Shown piece after piece: positions 1 to 9,288 of a DNA stretch of 64,000 nucleotides. A program made the position numbers and the translations under genes. The number at the start of each line of letters is the position of its first letter. The first letter of the stretch is position 1. Under the pieces are notes generated by a model that was given only the letters and a program-made list of their open reading frames with translations, was not told the origin of the DNA and ran no database searches. The stretch is from an uncultured Anaeromyxobacteraceae bacterium (GTDB lineage Bacteria; Myxococcota_A; UBA9042; DTJE01), in the NCBI GenBank assembly GCA_964470365.1, contig CAYYCO010000002.1:1173-65172 (forward strand), read 5' to 3'.

Positions 1-95
1 TGCAACCCGCGGGTTGCCGGCCCGGCTTTATATTATCGACCGGCCGGAAGTCCACGCTTCCGGAAGTGCTTGATATTCCGTCGCCTTTATTCCCC

Positions 96-171
96 GCGCC
101 TGTGGCTCAATGGATAGAGCATCGGACTTCGGATCCGACGGTTGGGGGTTCGAGTCCCTCCAGGCGCGCCC
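96..171 (+). tRNA. tRNA-Arg (anticodon TCG), with encoded CCA
   Basis: Cloverleaf read by hand: acceptor GCGCCTG/CAGGCGC 7 bp, D-arm GGCTCAATGGATAGAGC, anticodon stem TCGGA/TCCGA with loop CTTCGGA (U33, anticodon TCG), T-arm GGGGG-TTCGAGT-CCCTC, discriminator G, CCA. Confidence 0.9.
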
Positions 172-266
172 AATTTCCCAAGATTCCTTAATGAATACGG
201 GCAGTATACCCCGATTGGCATCCATGCCCGTTTCGACTCGTTGACGGTCTTTTCACCTCGTTTCGA
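117..266. repeat. Direct repeat copy A (tRNA-Arg 3' ~55 nt plus ~95 bp downstream)
   Basis: About 85% identical to 1602-1751. Both copies start at gagcatcggacttcgg... and end at ...ggtcttttcacctcgtttcga. Confidence 0.8.
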
Positions 267-442
267 CTTCTTCGGGTTACCAAACGGAATCCACCGCAGC
301 CTTGTCCGCCGCGTCGGCCTGATATACTCTGGCTCCTCCGCGTGCTCTGGCGCCTCCGCGTGGGCTGCGGCGTTGAAGCAGAACGGACTTTGGGCAGAAG
401 ACCAGCCTGGCCAGGCCAATCGGCCCCAATGGGAGGCGAACC

Positions 443-1519
443 ATGAGGTGTTCGGTGAACGGATTGAAGGGAGTTGTTCCTATTCTCGTCTTCGTTACCG
501 CGTGCGGCGTAAGCGATGGCAACGCGGACGCCGATGCGGACCTGGGGGCCGACGTCGCCGTCGGCACGGATGCGGCGCTCGACATGACTTCCGATCTCGA
601 CGTCGCCCCGGATTCGGACTCAGGGCCGGAGATCCTCGAAGACGCCGGGGGTGATGCCTCGGACGCGTTCGTGATGCCAGACTACGCCGGGGTCCCAATC
701 GACTACGCCGAACACGTCAGGATGATGACCTTCAACCTGCGCACGCCTTTCGCCGACGAGGGAGACCGTCTGTGGGAAAACCGCAAGGAGGCCGTGGTCG
801 CTCAGATCGAGGACTACTCCCCGGACATCCTGGTCGTCCAGGAGGCCCTGCTCGTCCCACAGTTGGAAGACCTCGAGAAGGCGATCCCGAGACTCGACTG
901 GGTCGGCATGGACAACTCGGGAACCGTGTACTTCGACGAATATGCGGCCATCTTTTTCGACCATTCGAAGTTCGTGGTACTGGACTGGAAGACCTTCGCG
1001 TTGAGCGACACGCCGGACGTCCTGCCGAGCCAGATCAGCGACGAACAGAGGTTTCCCCGCGCCGCGACCTGGGGGCGCTTCCTGCGCATCGCCGACGGGT
1101 TCCAGTTCGACATCCTCTCGACTCACTGGGACCACGCGGAGGTCGATGGTATCCGTGAGGAAATGGCGCGCATCACCATCCAGCAGATGGATATCCTGAC
1201 GGAAGGAAGGCCTGCCCTGATCGGCGCGGACTTCAACTGCCCTTACGACTCGCTTCCCTACAACATCATGGTTGGGAAGGCTGAATGGAAGGGCGTCTCC
1301 GGAGACCTCACCGACGTCTGGGTGGAACTCGGCTTGCCCGAAGAAGGCACCTATCATTCCTGGGAGGGAGTGGCCAAACCGTCCAGCAGGATCGACTGGC
1401 TGCTCCGCAACGATGGGTTCGTCGGTTTTTCCGCGGACGTCCTGACCTCCACGTACCTTGGCCTGATGACGTCGGACCATTTCCCGGTCGTGGCTGAATT
1501 CGCCATCCGGACGCCTTGA
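443..1519 (+). CDS. Secreted lipoprotein, endonuclease/exonuclease/phosphatase (EEP) family
   Basis: ATG at 443 with GGGAGG 6 nt upstream. Signal peptide plus lipobox VTAC. Acidic low-complexity linker. MTFNLR...QE...SDHFPV motifs typical of the EEP fold. Confidence 0.75.
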   Translation: MRCSVNGLKGVVPILVFVTACGVSDGNADADADLGADVAVGTDAALDMTSDLDVAPDSDSGPEILEDAGGDASDAFVMPDYAGVPIDYAEHVRMMTFNLRTPFADEGDRLWENRKEAVVAQIEDYSPDILVVQEALLVPQLEDLEKAIPRLDWVGMDNSGTVYFDEYAAIFFDHSKFVVLDWKTFALSDTPDVLPSQISDEQRFPRAATWGRFLRIADGFQFDILSTHWDHAEVDGIREEMARITIQQMDILTEGRPALIGADFNCPYDSLPYNIMVGKAEWKGVSGDLTDVWVELGLPEEGTYHSWEGVAKPSSRIDWLLRNDGFVGFSADVLTSTYLGLMTSDHFPVVAEFAIRTP

Positions 1520-1601
1520 CCATGTCAGCGCGTCGCGCTCGGGAACGAGTGATCTTGAACGTCTTGATTCGGTAATCTTACCGGTGCGTTGCAGGCTTCA
1601 G

Positions 1602-1751
1602 GAGCATCGGACTTCGGTTCCGACGGTTAGGGGTTCGAGTCCCTCCAGGCGCGCCTAATTTCCCCAGATTCCTTAATGCATATCAGCAGTATGCCTTAAT
1701 AGGCAATCATACCGGTTTCGACTCGTTAACGGTCTTTTCACCTCGTTTCGA
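1602..1751. repeat. Direct repeat copy B, including a 5'-truncated tRNA-Arg fragment (1602-1658, pseudo-tRNA/att-like)
   Basis: gagcatcggacttcggTtccgacggttAggggttcgagtccctccaggcgcgcc matches the anticodon-arm to 3' end of the tRNA at 96-171 with 2 substitutions. The 5' acceptor/D-arm partner is degenerate. The downstream ~95 bp is also conserved. Confidence 0.75.
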
Positions 1752-1878
1752 GATGTCACTAAAATCGCTGAATTCAAGCATCATTGGGCAGGATGACCTG
1801 ATTCCACAATCAGCACGTGTGACACTCGCGGCGCCACCGGAATGGGCGACCATTGACCGGCCGACTTTCATGAATCCC

Positions 1879-2739
1879 CTACCGTGCGGCAAGGATTACG
1901 GCGAGAGTACGCAGTTTTTCCTGGAAGAATTCGGTGGACCACAGTTTCAAACCGGGCTGTTCGATGACGTGCAGGAACGGGGCGACATCGGCGGCGGCCA
2001 CGGACCAGTCGATTGACGGGATTCTGTCATCGAGGGCGCCAATCAACCAGGCGGCGTCGACGGCCACGTTCCGACCCGACCACGGCCCGGTCTGATTCAG
2101 GGCATTCGCCAGCAGGGCCAGGTTCGGCGGCGTCCGCTCGCGGCAATACCATCCGAAATCGAACCAGTCTCTGCCCTTCAGGTACGGCCGGCACAGCAGA
2201 GCGTGCAGCTTCAGCGCGAAATTTGACGGCAGGTCCTGGGCGCAGACTTCAAAATCCAGCGGAAAGTCGACCAGCCGGAAATCCCACCCCGATCCCGCCG
2301 GCGGGTTCGTGTCGATTTCAAGCTTGACCTTATGATTCTGGCGTCGCCCCGTCCCCGCAAAGGAAAATTCGAGCTGACCGGCGATTGAATCGTCCTTGAT
2401 GAATGCCGCCCGGACGGCGGTGTCGGCACGGCTGCGATCCACGAATTCGCAATGAATCCCGTACTCGGCCAGGACGTCCAGCAGACCGGAAGAGTACGTC
2501 GACCATCCAAAAGCGGGCTGCGGTTCCCGGCAGATGAAGTCCAGGTCTTCGGAAAATCTGGGCAATCCATGCAGGATGCGCAGTGAAGTGCCGCCCTGGA
2601 ATGCCGCAACGGAAAAAAAGTCCACCCGCCACAGCGCGTATAGCACAATCGACTGTAATGTTTCTTTCAGCGCCTGCTGTTCATGGGCGGCATCCGTGGC
2701 CGCGTACCCCGCCAGTCTTTTGCGGATGATTTCAATCAT
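1879..2739 (-). CDS. abiEii: AbiEii-type nucleotidyltransferase toxin (type IV TA / abortive infection, DUF1814)
   Basis: GGTSLRILHGLPRFSEDLDF signature. 4 bp ATGA overlap with the upstream AbiEi-like gene. Confidence 0.8.
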   Translation of the reverse strand: MIEIIRKRLAGYAATDAAHEQQALKETLQSIVLYALWRVDFFSVAAFQGGTSLRILHGLPRFSEDLDFICREPQPAFGWSTYSSGLLDVLAEYGIHCEFVDRSRADTAVRAAFIKDDSIAGQLEFSFAGTGRRQNHKVKLEIDTNPPAGSGWDFRLVDFPLDFEVCAQDLPSNFALKLHALLCRPYLKGRDWFDFGWYCRERTPPNLALLANALNQTGPWSGRNVAVDAAWLIGALDDRIPSIDWSVAAADVAPFLHVIEQPGLKLWSTEFFQEKLRTLAVILAAR

Positions 2740-3395
2740 CGTCTCAAACCTGTTTCAAGAGCCTGGATGCACTGGCGCATGCGGGAATGCTGGTACGTTT
2801 CGGTCAGGCGGCGCCAGACATCGGGCCCGATCGGTTCCATGTCATCGATGTCGATTCGCATCGAGGCCAGGAAAACGGGCATTTCCGCTGGCGTCATTCC
2901 GCGGTCACAGACGATGTCGGCCATCGCGCGCGCAGGATCGGCGACAAGTGCGTACTGATCGCCAAACTGTTGCCTGTCCACGCCCTCAAGGAAACAGCCG
3001 CGCCGCAACGCCATCGGAACGAATTGGTACATACCCGCGATTTCGTGCCGCACATCCAGTGAACGGCGCCCCGGGACGACAGACAGCGTCACGTGGACGG
3101 CCTCAGGGATCAGGCCGTGCCACGCCAGCGCGGTTTCCATCGACACATACGACCCGGGAGCCAGCGCCTGCGCAATGACGAATGGATGCGGCATCTTCCC
3201 CGTCAGCATCGGCGACAACATGTAAATGCCGCGCCGCAAACGGACAAGTTCACCCGCCTTCAACGCCCGGTTGACAAGGTTGTACCGTCGCTGGGGCGAA
3301 CCCTCCAGCAGCCGGGCAACCTGGGCCTGGCCAATGACCCGTTCGCCCAGTTTCGCTTGAATCAACTTTTCGGTGAGGGTTTGCATGTAATGCAT
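2736..3395 (-). CDS. abiEi: AbiEi-family antitoxin/transcriptional regulator
   Basis: N-terminal wHTH-like region with ...LVRLRRGIYML... typical of AbiEi. Operon partner of AbiEii. The ORF track opens with TTG at 3422. The first ATGs are at 3395 and 3386, so the start is uncertain. Confidence 0.65.
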   Translation of the reverse strand: MHYMQTLTEKLIQAKLGERVIGQAQVARLLEGSPQRRYNLVNRALKAGELVRLRRGIYMLSPMLTGKMPHPFVIAQALAPGSYVSMETALAWHGLIPEAVHVTLSVVPGRRSLDVRHEIAGMYQFVPMALRRGCFLEGVDRQQFGDQYALVADPARAMADIVCDRGMTPAEMPVFLASMRIDIDDMEPIGPDVWRRLTETYQHSRMRQCIQALETGLRR

Positions 3396-3524
3396 GATAC
3401 TTTCATTTTTCGAAAGTTTCAAACATTCATGGCACCCGGGAAGCCGCGCAGTTGCGCAATGATGGGGGACTCAAGGCCGCTTTCATGCAACGCCGCGGGT
3501 GCCGACCGACGGGGCGCGCCACCA

Positions 3525-4706
3525 TCACCACCGCTGGAGGCTTTTTTCCGCGAAACCCGGGATGTCGCGCACCTGCAGGACCGTGCAGTCGTCAAGGACA
3601 AGCGTGCCGTTGTACATGCCGTACACCTTGGTGCCGTGCATGTAATATCCGCCGATGTCGAGTTCCGTCGGGACATGGGTGTGCGGGGTCAGTGTGAGGT
3701 CCATCCGGCCGTCGGGGCTCTGGATGACCCACGGTTTCAACGGATCGTCCGGGTCCATTTCCCATGTCATGCCGTCAAAGGCGCCCAGCTTGTGGATGAC
3801 GCCGTCGACGAGGATGCCGTCCGCGCTGGCCTGCTGGTTGGCGTCCAGCCCGGCGCCCATGTTGAACGCCACGTCGTGCCCGTCGATCACGCCATAGCCC
3901 GCGCCCCAGAACCACTGCGATTCGTGCGGCCAGGCGCCCCTGCCCCAGTCCAGCACGCCCCACGCGTCGTCGCGTGAAAAGTCGGCCCGCACGTCGCCGG
4001 CCGTCACCCAGCCGGATGTGCGCCATCCGAAGATCTTGTCTTCATAGAAAAAAGTTCCCGGATCCAGCAGCGGATGGGCCACCGAAAGACTCTCGAAACC
4101 AGGACCGTCCCCGAACACGATTTCGCCCTTGAGGTCGACGTCCCCGAACTTCCCGGGGATGTCGAACGCCAGGATACGTGCGCCGTCGGCGAACGAAATC
4201 GAAATGTGGTTGTCGCCCTGGTTCCAGCCGGCGTCGGCGTACGGCGAATCCGGCAGGATCGGGTTGGTGTCGTCGCCCAGGTCCCAGCCCGAATACTTGT
4301 CGCCCGTTTCATAGTTCAGCAGGGTGACGCCGATGAACGAAAACCAGGAAAGCCGCGCGATGGTGACCTCCGCGTACCAGTCCGGGGACTGCACCGAGTA
4401 GAAATCCCAGTCCTTGACCTGTTCCGCCAGCGATTCCGGGATTTTCGACGGGTCGTATTCAAAAATCGGGCGCCGCGCCCACGCGATTGTCGCCAGGCTG
4501 CCGTCGTCGGCCAGCACCGGCGCCCGGGAAGTCAACTCGACCTGCTCGCAGGGGCTGACGGCACAGGCCGACGGTTCGCAGGCATCGACAGGGGCAGGAT
4601 CGCCCGAACACGACAGCAGTGCCGCGGCCAGCAGCAGCGACGCGAGGGACTTCGGCCGCCGGTGACCGCGTCCGACCGGAAGGGAGCCGGATTGATTCGG
4701 GAACAT
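3525..4706 (-). CDS. Hypothetical lipoprotein (possibly DUF2804-like)
   Basis: Track ORF begins with GTG at 4760. First ATG at 4706 gives a classic signal peptide plus lipobox LLSC. Trp/Gly/Asp-rich beta-rich protein. Family assignment is tentative. Confidence 0.6.
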   Translation of the reverse strand: MFPNQSGSLPVGRGHRRPKSLASLLLAAALLSCSGDPAPVDACEPSACAVSPCEQVELTSRAPVLADDGSLATIAWARRPIFEYDPSKIPESLAEQVKDWDFYSVQSPDWYAEVTIARLSWFSFIGVTLLNYETGDKYSGWDLGDDTNPILPDSPYADAGWNQGDNHISISFADGARILAFDIPGKFGDVDLKGEIVFGDGPGFESLSVAHPLLDPGTFFYEDKIFGWRTSGWVTAGDVRADFSRDDAWGVLDWGRGAWPHESQWFWGAGYGVIDGHDVAFNMGAGLDANQQASADGILVDGVIHKLGAFDGMTWEMDPDDPLKPWVIQSPDGRMDLTLTPHTHVPTELDIGGYYMHGTKVYGMYNGTLVLDDCTVLQVRDIPGFAEKSLQRW

Positions 4707-4786
4707 GCGCAATACCCTGAAACGAGTCCCCCTATTATGTGCCTGCGGCGCGGATTTCACCTATACCGTGCGCCGACTTTCCGGCG

Positions 4787-6865
4787 TTACGGCGCCATCC
4801 ACACCCATGCGCGATCGGAGGGCAGTTCGGCGCAGCCGCCGTCCAGGGGGGTGTCGGTTGCCAGCGCCTGGGCGGGAATGGGCCAGCCCATGGGTTCGGC
4901 GCCCGGTTCCACCTGCCATGAAAATCCCTGGGACGGCCACCAGATGACGGCCGGAGGATGCAGCCTGCGCCCGCAGCCCGGAACCGGTTCCGGGGCACAT
5001 TCGGTGGTGCCCGCCGATACGCCGGGACATTCACGGTCGCCACACGCGCCGCGCATATCCAGTGCAGCCAGGGTTCCACCGACGAACACCGCCCGGGGCG
5101 CGTCCGAGGCATCCCAGGCAATCATGTACTGGCCGGGATCGCCGGCGTCGGGGATTGCCTGCTTCAGGTAAATCGTCAGGCGTTCGCCCGCCTGGACCGG
5201 CAGCACCCGCGGCGGCGGCAGATCCAGCACCAGCCGGTGTTCGACGCCGTCCGGATCCGTCAGCAGCGTTTCCGAGGTGCCGTCCGGCAGGGTCGACTGG
5301 CCCGTCACGTCCACTTCCACCGTCACCTCGAACGTATCGGCCCGCCCGTCCCAGACAAACGAGGCATGGTCGGCCAGCGGCGTTTCGGCAAGGCAGTCCG
5401 GCAGGTCGCATTCGTACCTGTCGCAGTCGTTCGACGCCAGGCGCAACGCCCCGGCCGAAGGATCCGCCCATGACGCCAGCAGCCGGGCGGAGCCGGTCGC
5501 CGGTTCGGCGTCCAGCAGTTCGAAACCGCCGGGCCCGAGATCCCTGGCAATCAGCACATGCCCGAGGTCCGGTGCCGCCAGGACCGGGGCGCCGCCACCG
5601 GCCATGGGCGCGTCCAGGTTGCCGGACGCCGGGTCCAGTGCGCGCGCGGCCACCGGAAACCATTCCATCACGTCGGTCCCGGTGACTTCCTGGAATTCGG
5701 TCAGCATCAGCCGGCCGCCGTCGCCGGACGCGTCCAGTTCGACCGGAGTCCAGTATGGCCGGCCCGCATCACGCCAGATCGACCGTGGCGCCTGACCGGG
5801 GTCGACGCGGAACACCTCGAAGCCGCCCCAGTTATCCCCCGACACGTGCGAGGCCAGCAGCAGTACCCCGCGTGCGCCCTCCAGGGCCAGAGCACGAACC
5901 ACGGTTGACCCCGGATCCACGGTCCGCGTCACGCCATCCTCGGTGATATCGACCTTGACGCCCCCGTCGGCCCAGGTCATCAAGGCACTGGTGCGGCCAT
6001 CCCACGACAGGGAACGGAACCTTGCGGTATAAACCGACCAGCGGTCGATCCATGCGTCCGGCGAGACCTGTTCGCAACGCGCCAGGTCCAGGCGGCACAG
6101 CGCGACCGGGTTTTCCTGGTCCGTGGTCGCGTCGCGCAGGTAAACCTCGATGATGAACGAACCGTCGCCGGCACGCGCCAGCGCGTTGCCGCTGAAAAAT
6201 GCCTCCCGGCCGGCCCAGTCGTGAACCAGGGGCCGGACGACCAGCTGTCCCGCCACCAGCGACAGGACCTTCCATGTGCCGGGGGCGGCACACGTCCCGT
6301 CGTCCGCCTGCGCCCGCACCAGCACGAATCCGCCGGACTCGATGCTGTCGCAGATGGGGAACGGGATCGGCACCCCGGCCCCGTCGGCCAGGTCCGCCAG
6401 AGTCATGCGCGTATAGTCGTTTCCGTTGCGCGGCCAGGCCATCAGCAGGCCGTCACGGCCGGTGGCGAATCCCATGCCCCAGAATTCCGCCACGCCAAGA
6501 TCGGTTTCGACGCCGGCGTCCACGTCGTATGCCAGCAGGCGCTGTCCGTCCCCGTCATCCAGCGTGTACGCGATGTAACGCCCCGATGGCGATGAAGCCA
6601 GGTGCCGCAGCCCGGTCGGGCCGTCGGCCGCCGACAGGCCGGTCGTTTCATCGGACGACGCGTCGTCCAGCGGCAGGCTGGAACCGGGCAGGCGGACGCG
6701 CTGAAGGACGCCCGTGGCCGAATCGTACCTGAACAGCCGCAGGCCGTCGTGGATCCAGCCCACCGGCACGGGCCGATCGACGACCGGGGCCGGGCCGTCG
6801 CCACCCGAACAGGCGGACAGCAGGGCGAGCAAAGCCGCGATGGCCACGATTGGAACGAATTTCAC
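4787..6865 (-). CDS. Lipoprotein with TolB/PD40-like beta-propeller repeats
   Basis: GTG start with AGAGG upstream. MKFVPIVAIAALLALLSAC lipobox. Repeated ...SPSGRYIAYTLDDGDG...-type blades. Confidence 0.7.
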   Translation of the reverse strand: MKFVPIVAIAALLALLSACSGGDGPAPVVDRPVPVGWIHDGLRLFRYDSATGVLQRVRLPGSSLPLDDASSDETTGLSAADGPTGLRHLASSPSGRYIAYTLDDGDGQRLLAYDVDAGVETDLGVAEFWGMGFATGRDGLLMAWPRNGNDYTRMTLADLADGAGVPIPFPICDSIESGGFVLVRAQADDGTCAAPGTWKVLSLVAGQLVVRPLVHDWAGREAFFSGNALARAGDGSFIIEVYLRDATTDQENPVALCRLDLARCEQVSPDAWIDRWSVYTARFRSLSWDGRTSALMTWADGGVKVDITEDGVTRTVDPGSTVVRALALEGARGVLLLASHVSGDNWGGFEVFRVDPGQAPRSIWRDAGRPYWTPVELDASGDGGRLMLTEFQEVTGTDVMEWFPVAARALDPASGNLDAPMAGGGAPVLAAPDLGHVLIARDLGPGGFELLDAEPATGSARLLASWADPSAGALRLASNDCDRYECDLPDCLAETPLADHASFVWDGRADTFEVTVEVDVTGQSTLPDGTSETLLTDPDGVEHRLVLDLPPPRVLPVQAGERLTIYLKQAIPDAGDPGQYMIAWDASDAPRAVFVGGTLAALDMRGACGDRECPGVSAGTTECAPEPVPGCGRRLHPPAVIWWPSQGFSWQVEPGAEPMGWPIPAQALATDTPLDGGCAELPSDRAWVWMAP

Positions 6866-6948
6866 GACGACTTACCTCTATGCGGGCGTTCGGCGAAGGT
6901 CATTCTATGTAAAACTGTTTGGTTAATCCAATCGATGATCCGTGGCCT

Positions 6949-9288
6949 TCACGGACTTGACCACAACGCCTTCTCGCCGCTCATGCCCCCGTCAATCCGC
7001 TGTATGGGATACAAGCCGATCCGATCAGGGCTTCCGCCTGTCGCCAAATGGACGTGGTCCCTGATCAATTCCCATGCGTCGCCCCAGGGCATGAGCCTGT
7101 TCTGGTAATTCAAGCGATATTCCAGCGGTTCAATACTGTGATCCGCAAGCAGGAAGATATGCTTGAATCTGGACAGGTGACGCCGCTGCAATTCCAGCTG
7201 CTCCCGACAGGCAACCAGGTCGGCGGCGGGCGGTCTTGCGGTCGAATCGTTATCCGTAATCGCAATATTCGAGTACTTGCTGGTATTGAATCTGTCCACC
7301 AGGAGATTCTGCGCGAATTCAATACTCGTGCTGACGGGACATTGCGCGGGCCAGAGCTTTTCCACGGGGTAGACGGGGCTTTTCCCGATGATGGCGACAT
7401 ACGGCCAGTCAGCCTGATCCTGTCGATGATTAAATGCAATCACGAGGGAATCCGGAGGCGGATCGAAAGTCGAGACGCTCTTGAAGACCTCGGCAATCGG
7501 CCCCAAGCGGATTCCCGCATACTGGACCCAGCCGAAAACCAGATAGAAAGCCAGAAGGGCCAGGGCCCAGCGGTGGTTCCGGGGTCGCGCAATCCATTCG
7601 CGTATATAGGGGGCGCTGATAATCGCCATTGGAACGTACAGCATGAGCGCATAGCGCCAGAAATTCACGCCCACGGGGCTCAAGGCATTCGAGTATATGA
7701 GCAGGCAGACGATAACGATGAGCTGGTAAGCCCTGGCACGCGGCACCTGCGGATCCTTGAGGGATTTGACGAAAGCCAGCTTCTGCGGAAGAAAAGGCGG
7801 CAGGATGAGTACCGTTGCCAGGAACCATATCGGCAATTTCAGGTACCAGTACGAAACCGTGTCCCCGCCTTTGTTGGCAACCTTGCGCAGGAACGCGCCG
7901 ACCAGCGTGTCGAGATTCCCGGAAAATAACAGAATGAGCATGGCCGCCACGGCCCCCCAGAGGCCGACAATGGCGAAGGCCCGCCAACGCACCCTCCTGC
8001 GCTCGACCCCGTAGTGGCAATATGTCGCCATAAAGGCGACATAGAGTGGCGGCAGGATCATGTAGTCTTTCTTGAGCGCGACGCCCAGCGCCAGCATGAA
8101 CGCAATGGCGACGGAGGCCGCGAACTGCAGCGGCAGGCCCTTGGGCACGGCGTACACGGCCAGCAGCAGGGCCAGATAAAAAACCGGCGTGGCCAGCTGT
8201 TCCTGCACCAGGCTGCCGGCCTGTCCCGTAGTCACGGGCGACAGCAGCACGATGGCGGCGGCAATCAACGCGATGGCCCGTCTGCCATACAGCTTGAAGG
8301 CCAGCAGAAAGGCCAGCACCGGCAACAGCGCCCCCAAAGCGCGACCAGGCAGCAACAGCGCCCCGAAATGATCGCCGAACAACTGCATGGATATATGCAG
8401 CAAGCCGAAAAAGGCCCCGTCATGCTGTCCGTGCCTTGTCCAGACAAGCTGCTGCAACAGCCATGACTTTGAGTGCACGAAAAACAGCGGCGCCGCAAAC
8501 CGGCTGAGCACGCTGAACAACGCAAGCGGCGCATAATAAATGTACGCCCGGACCGGCAGAAGAAACCAGCCGAACACAAGCAGCACAACCAGACAGATGG
8601 TACCGCTGATCAGCCCGAAGCCCCACGGCACATCGGCCATGGGCAAGGCAGGAATCAAGGGTGCGTAGGGGTATTTCGACACGTCGGGGGCCTGCGGCGG
8701 CCCGTCCGGCGACGGGGGCTCCATCTGTTGCGTATCCGCCTGCGCGGGTCCGGATTCGGTCGGCAGCTTTTCATCGTCACGGGCGCTGGTTCTGACCCAC
8801 AATGCCGCCAGCCGTTCGGCCTTGTCGCCCTGAAGAAACCACGATCGCCAGGCATCCACCCCGGCAATGGATACTGCGTTGGACGAAATGCCGCCCGCAC
8901 CATCGGAAAGGCAGATCAGCAGACTCTCATTGCCGAGCACCCGACATTCGCCGGCATCCGGCGGCGCCTGCCCCGCATGGCAGATCGCGAACGAGGGCTT
9001 TTCGGACGGTCCGGTGTCCGTCGTGGTCAGCGTCAGCAAATACTTGTCGAAGGCGATGCGCACATCGACGCTGGCAAATGGCAGGCCGGTGAAGTCGGTC
9101 GGGATCAACAGGTCGGCAGCCGGCCTTTCGGCGGAGCCCGGCACGATGTAGCGGGCATCATCGTCACCCGTGTCGGGCATGCCGTTTGCAGGGCTGGCGC
9201 CGAGCAGGAACAAGCCGGTGAACACGGTCGCGACAATCACCGGTATCGTTGGGTCACGCGCAGGACGCATCGTCGTTGGCCCCGTCAT
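6949..9288 (-). CDS. Large polytopic membrane protein, GT-C-type glycosyltransferase-like (ArnT/PMT-like); family tentative
   Basis: 779 aa. N-terminal signal/exported domain, roughly 11-13 TM helices, C-terminal ~250 aa soluble domain. 4 bp overlap with the upstream rSAM gene. Confidence 0.45.
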   Translation of the reverse strand: MTGPTTMRPARDPTIPVIVATVFTGLFLLGASPANGMPDTGDDDARYIVPGSAERPAADLLIPTDFTGLPFASVDVRIAFDKYLLTLTTTDTGPSEKPSFAICHAGQAPPDAGECRVLGNESLLICLSDGAGGISSNAVSIAGVDAWRSWFLQGDKAERLAALWVRTSARDDEKLPTESGPAQADTQQMEPPSPDGPPQAPDVSKYPYAPLIPALPMADVPWGFGLISGTICLVVLLVFGWFLLPVRAYIYYAPLALFSVLSRFAAPLFFVHSKSWLLQQLVWTRHGQHDGAFFGLLHISMQLFGDHFGALLLPGRALGALLPVLAFLLAFKLYGRRAIALIAAAIVLLSPVTTGQAGSLVQEQLATPVFYLALLLAVYAVPKGLPLQFAASVAIAFMLALGVALKKDYMILPPLYVAFMATYCHYGVERRRVRWRAFAIVGLWGAVAAMLILLFSGNLDTLVGAFLRKVANKGGDTVSYWYLKLPIWFLATVLILPPFLPQKLAFVKSLKDPQVPRARAYQLIVIVCLLIYSNALSPVGVNFWRYALMLYVPMAIISAPYIREWIARPRNHRWALALLAFYLVFGWVQYAGIRLGPIAEVFKSVSTFDPPPDSLVIAFNHRQDQADWPYVAIIGKSPVYPVEKLWPAQCPVSTSIEFAQNLLVDRFNTSKYSNIAITDNDSTARPPAADLVACREQLELQRRHLSRFKHIFLLADHSIEPLEYRLNYQNRLMPWGDAWELIRDHVHLATGGSPDRIGLYPIQRIDGGMSGEKALWSSP

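Noticed and set aside
1-95. 16-bp perfect palindrome GCAACCCGCGGGTTGC (2-17) and CCGGAAG/CTTCCGG inverted repeat upstream of tRNA-Arg as promoter/terminator
   Set aside because: Truncated by the window edge. No confident -35/-10 assignment. May be the terminator of an upstream gene. Not enough context.
3093-3977. 294 aa plus-strand ORF spanning the AbiEi/lipoprotein junction
   Set aside because: Antisense to two well-supported genes. Arg/Pro/His-rich composition typical of shadow ORFs in high-GC DNA. No motifs.
4074-5171. 365 aa plus-strand ORF antisense to lipoprotein genes
   Set aside because: Shadow ORF. Arg-rich low-complexity sequence. Overlaps genes with signal peptides and coherent domain structure on the other strand.
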